From the NCBI GenBank assembly GCA_013239625.1, contig MU053629.1, forward strand, positions 833,567 through 897,566: 64,000 nucleotides of DNA. The letters run 5' to 3'. Of the stretch, positions 60,601 to 64,000 are shown piece by piece. Under the pieces are notes generated by a model, which was not told the origin of the DNA, made no database searches, and saw nothing but the letters and a program-made list of their open reading frames with translations. The stretch is from Lama guanicoe. Taxonomy: Eukaryota. Numbering within the stretch: the first letter of the stretch is position 1; the number at the start of each line of letters is the position of its first letter. The translations under genes and the position numbers were made by a program.

Positions 60601-61169
60601 TGGGGACTTCCCGGAGACCTAGCTGACCGCCACACGGAAGGTGCATCATAATAAATGAAAAGTAAACCAAAACACCGTGTGGTAAGTACCTGCCAAATCA
60701 GTGAGTGTTGTTAGATAAATGGCCAGGTATCCCTTTAGCTGGGCACAGTCTTCTGTTCTCATGTAACAAATTGCTTCCGTTTGTGGCGCTCCTTGTATGG
60801 GCCAGGGCGCTGTGCTGAGTTTATCCGTCGGCCCCTCAGGAAGCTGATTAAACACTCAAATCTGGTAATTTGAGGAGAGTTAAAGCAAGGGGCTGCTGAC
60901 AAAAGTGTGGGCAGAGCGTACAGCAACCGTAAGGGAGAATACAGTGACCCACGTGGGTGGTACAGAGCCATTAGCACCTGGGCTAAAGGGATGAGATGGG
61001 AGAGGAGAGCTGCGCAGGGAGGGCAGCGGGGCAGGAGCTGTGTGACATGGGGTCGAGGGACACGCCTGCCACTGGTACCGAGCAGGGAGGGAGCCAGCCT
61101 CAGCCCCCTCATCTTGTACCGGATCCAGAGGGGCAAAAGGGATGTTTCGCCTGGCCTCTCGAGTGTCAC

Positions 61170-61322
61170 CTGGCTTATGTCAGTTAATTTTCTTAAGAAC
61201 CCTCGAGGTAAGTGCCATTGTCACCAGCCCGTTTCAGAGATGGGGAAACTAAAGTTTAAAAAAGAAACAATTTCTAGTCATCCATGGGTCAGGATTTGAA
61301 CCCAAATCTCTCTGACTCCGCA
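61170..61322 (-). mobile_element. MIR SINE
   Basis: CCCGTTTCAGAGATGGGGAAACT...CAGGATTTGAACCCAAATCTCTCTGACTCC. Confidence 0.75.
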
Positions 61323-61834
61323 GATCCTAGAGTTCTTCTATTCTCGCGTGTTTGGCCATAATTTGCCACGAAGATAGCAAAATTGATCTTTTTTAAAAAG
61401 TAATTTTATAAAGCTGGATTAACTCTTCAGTTTAGCTTTTTAACAAGTAATCATTTCTTTGGGGATGGAAAGACTGATTCAGAAGGTAACTGGCGAGCAA
61501 TATAAAAACGTATCTAAACTTGAAACTGTGGGGATCTGAATATTCTCTGTGGGCGTTCAGAGAGGAGAGATGGGGAAAAGGTAAAGGGTAGGCTGTGAGC
61601 ACTGGAAGGGCTCTTGGAGGTCAGCAAGCACACCCCCTTCACTGCACAGGGAAGAACCCAGAGGCCGAGGGAGTTTCCCGGGACGACTGGGTGCGATGCA
61701 CAGTAGGGCTCCTTGCAGATGAGCCGAGAAAGCTCCCCGACCTCATCTTCTCCCCACGTGCGCACGTGCTCTCCCCACACATGCCCTTTGAGCTTTGCTC
61801 ATGCTGTGCCCCCTGCTTGAAATAACTAGAAGGA

Positions 61835-62050
61835 TCAAGCACTGACACTGCTCCAAGTGCTGAACACACAACTAATTTCATCTTTGAAACCACCTGTTAC
61901 GTAGGTACTATTACTACCTGCAGTTTACTGCTGTGGGAAACAGAGGCACAGAGCAGTTAAGTAACCTGCCCACGATCACACAGCTAATAAGTGGCGGAGC
62001 AGGAATTGTAACCCAAGGAATCTGATCCAAGCCCTTGCGCTCGTCTACTG
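61835..62050 (-). mobile_element. MIR SINE
   Basis: GTAGGTACTATTA...GGAAACAGAGGCACAGAGCAGTTAAGTAACCTGCCCACGATCACACAGCTAATAAGTGGCGGAGCAGGA. Confidence 0.88.
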
Positions 62051-62859
62051 CATTACACTTTCTGGAAGGTCCCAGCCACTTCCTCCCCAGCCTCTGTTCA
62101 ATTCATTCCTATAGATATCTCAGAGACCTTTAACTCAGGGCTGCTCAAACTCTTCTTCCAAAGGACTTTAAAAGTCACAGGAGAATGAATAGATACTCCT
62201 GGGGTCTGGGCCCATAGCCTGGAGAAGCCTGTCATTTCAGAGATACTTATTTGCAAACAGTTGTCTTAACTTAAAAATTCATCCAGATTTTGTATTCTTA
62301 TATGTAATATTTTCATGTGCGTTTTATTTTTAAAATCATGTTTTTAATTCCTTCCCATGGAGGAAACTGATGCTGTGGAGACTGGCATCAGGTTTATCCT
62401 CAGGCTTCAGCCACCCTGTCGTACGAGCCCCACGTCCTCCGGGGACGGGAGTCCCATCTCAGTCCATCCAGCACAGCTTCCCCAGGAAAACCTGACGCTA
62501 AATCAGAGCCTGTACTCACCAAGCATTCAACTTCCATCTCTCCTTTCCAGAGGAACAGTCAGCTCTCCCATCCCCTAAGACAGTGACTCAGTCCCTCCTT
62601 GAGTAATTAAGGCAGCTGCCATGAAGGGCTATTTGCTGTCATAAGCCCCAAGCAGATCAGGTGAGACGCCAAGGGCTCCCTCCCCTGCCAAGTGACAGGC
62701 GTACTGAGGACGGTGGAGGTGGAGCCAACTGAGACATGGCCTTTCTCAGCTGCTCAAGGTTTATCTAGTGGCTCTGGGTGGGGGGAGGGGAGCCCTGACT
62801 TGTAGTGTTTGCTCCATCGGAGTGGGGTGTAAAGACTCCCACCACGGCTGACTTCACGC

Positions 62860-63175
62860 TACCAACACGATGTCCCTGAACGTGGAGTTGGATAGCGACG
62901 TGCAGTAACACACACACAGCGTTCCACCAGGTAGAGGCAGCTAGACGCGGGTAATGTCGAGGACACAGATCATAGTACAGTATCGTAAAACAATCAGGAA
63001 GGAACGACTTTTTAGTGTCTATTAAATTTTGGTTTTAACACGATGTATTTAATTATAACTTTGTATAATCGACTGTTTAATAATGGCAATGTTTGACAGC
63101 TGGCTTGCAAAGTTCCAGAAGATTGATCAGTCACCTCTTGCAAGCCAGTGTGGGCTGTCTTCAGCACCCTACTGG
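62860..63175. mobile_element. MER63-like hAT-Blackjack DNA transposon
   Basis: TATTTAATTATAACTTTGTATAAT..TTTAATAATGGCAATGTTTGACAGCTGGCTTGCAAAGTTCC...GCAAGCCAGTGTGGGCTGTCTTCAGCACCCTACTGG; left boundary uncertain. Confidence 0.65.
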
Positions 63176-64000
63176 ACAGCTGAATTTCTCCTCTGGGGCT
63201 TAAACACTACTATTTCCCAAAATCAAATATACTCTTTTCTCTAAAACAGTAAATATAGTTTAGATCATAGAACTCACATGCGTGCAGCTCACACTGATGC
63301 AAATGTTGAAAAGAAATCCAAAGAGAAGAGTCCACTAATGACCATGGACTATCAGATGGGGAACTTCTCCCTCCTTGGTCCCTGCTGGCCCCTAGGCTTT
63401 GTGGGGCCACGAGAGGGACTGGAGAGGAGAGGGTGGCTGAGCAAATGGCTAAGTGGGCAGTACTCTGGAATGAATGTCCCAGAGCTTGGATGGAAAGGAT
63501 GGATCCAGAGAGTTAGAAACTTCTCATGGCGAGGAGGAGAGGTTTCCCAAAGGAGCTGGGTGGAAATCTGAAGACAGGTACTCTTTCTAAAGTGTAGGAG
63601 AAGCTCAGGGTTCAGTGAACGAGGTCAAGTGTGAGACAATGTCACTGAGAATCCCGCTTGTGATAGACTTGAGTTTAAGTGCCTTGGTTTAGGATTCAGG
63701 GGCGAGTTGAAATTAACAAGAAATAGGACTTTTCTTCTCCTTTGTTAGAATTTTGAAGTGGCCACAACCTCTCTAGCGGAGAACTCAGCTCATGCCTGTT
63801 CAGCCTGCCATGGCTGTTTTAGCAAGCCCCGCAAGATAAGGTGGCAAAGCGCTCATCTACACACTGGCCTCAGAGAAGAGGGACCTGGAGCCTAGCAAGT
63901 GTCCGGTGACTCGGGGTTCTAGGAGGCAGACCCACCAGTACTAGGGGAGGATAGGTGGATAACCCAACCTTCTGCTCACTCCTGTAGGTTCGAGGATGCC

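Noticed and set aside
1..64000. CRISPR array, operon, defence or other novel gene system; miRNA/snoRNA genes; host gene identity
   Set aside because: Mammalian repeat-rich non-coding DNA with no regularly spaced repeat-spacer array, no supported CDS and no mature miRNA or snoRNA I recognise. The host locus cannot be named without alignment. Short exons could have been missed by eye.

Overview
Mammalian genomic DNA, most likely a camelid (alpaca/llama/camel). The evidence is five copies of a tRNA-derived Vic-1-type SINE (GGGGAGGGTATAGCTCAGTGGTAGAG... with an ACCTAATTACCTCC tail) and several young L1 3' ends. I can support no protein-coding exon, RNA gene or processed pseudogene. The ORF track is explained by microsatellites, the N-gap and chance ORFs. 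The window looks like a large intron or intergenic tract rich in MIR, L2, old L1M, MaLR/ERV LTRs and hAT/Tigger fossils, with some repeat-free blocks that may be regulatory. Main structural observations: (1) a ~2.94 kb near-identical direct duplication bracketing an 800-N gap, most likely two uncollapsed haplotypes; (2) a 151-bp non-tandem templated duplication inside it; (3) a ~105-bp tandem duplication; (4) a ~120-bp micro-inversion inside an ancient L1; (5) a very long GAAA/GGAA purine array split by a 118-bp insert; (6) a SINE with a duplicated B-box. I found no evidence for a new biological system. Repeat subfamily names come from remembered consensus sequences and need RepeatMasker/Dfam confirmation; repeat boundaries are approximate unless a target-site duplication (TSD) is quoted.
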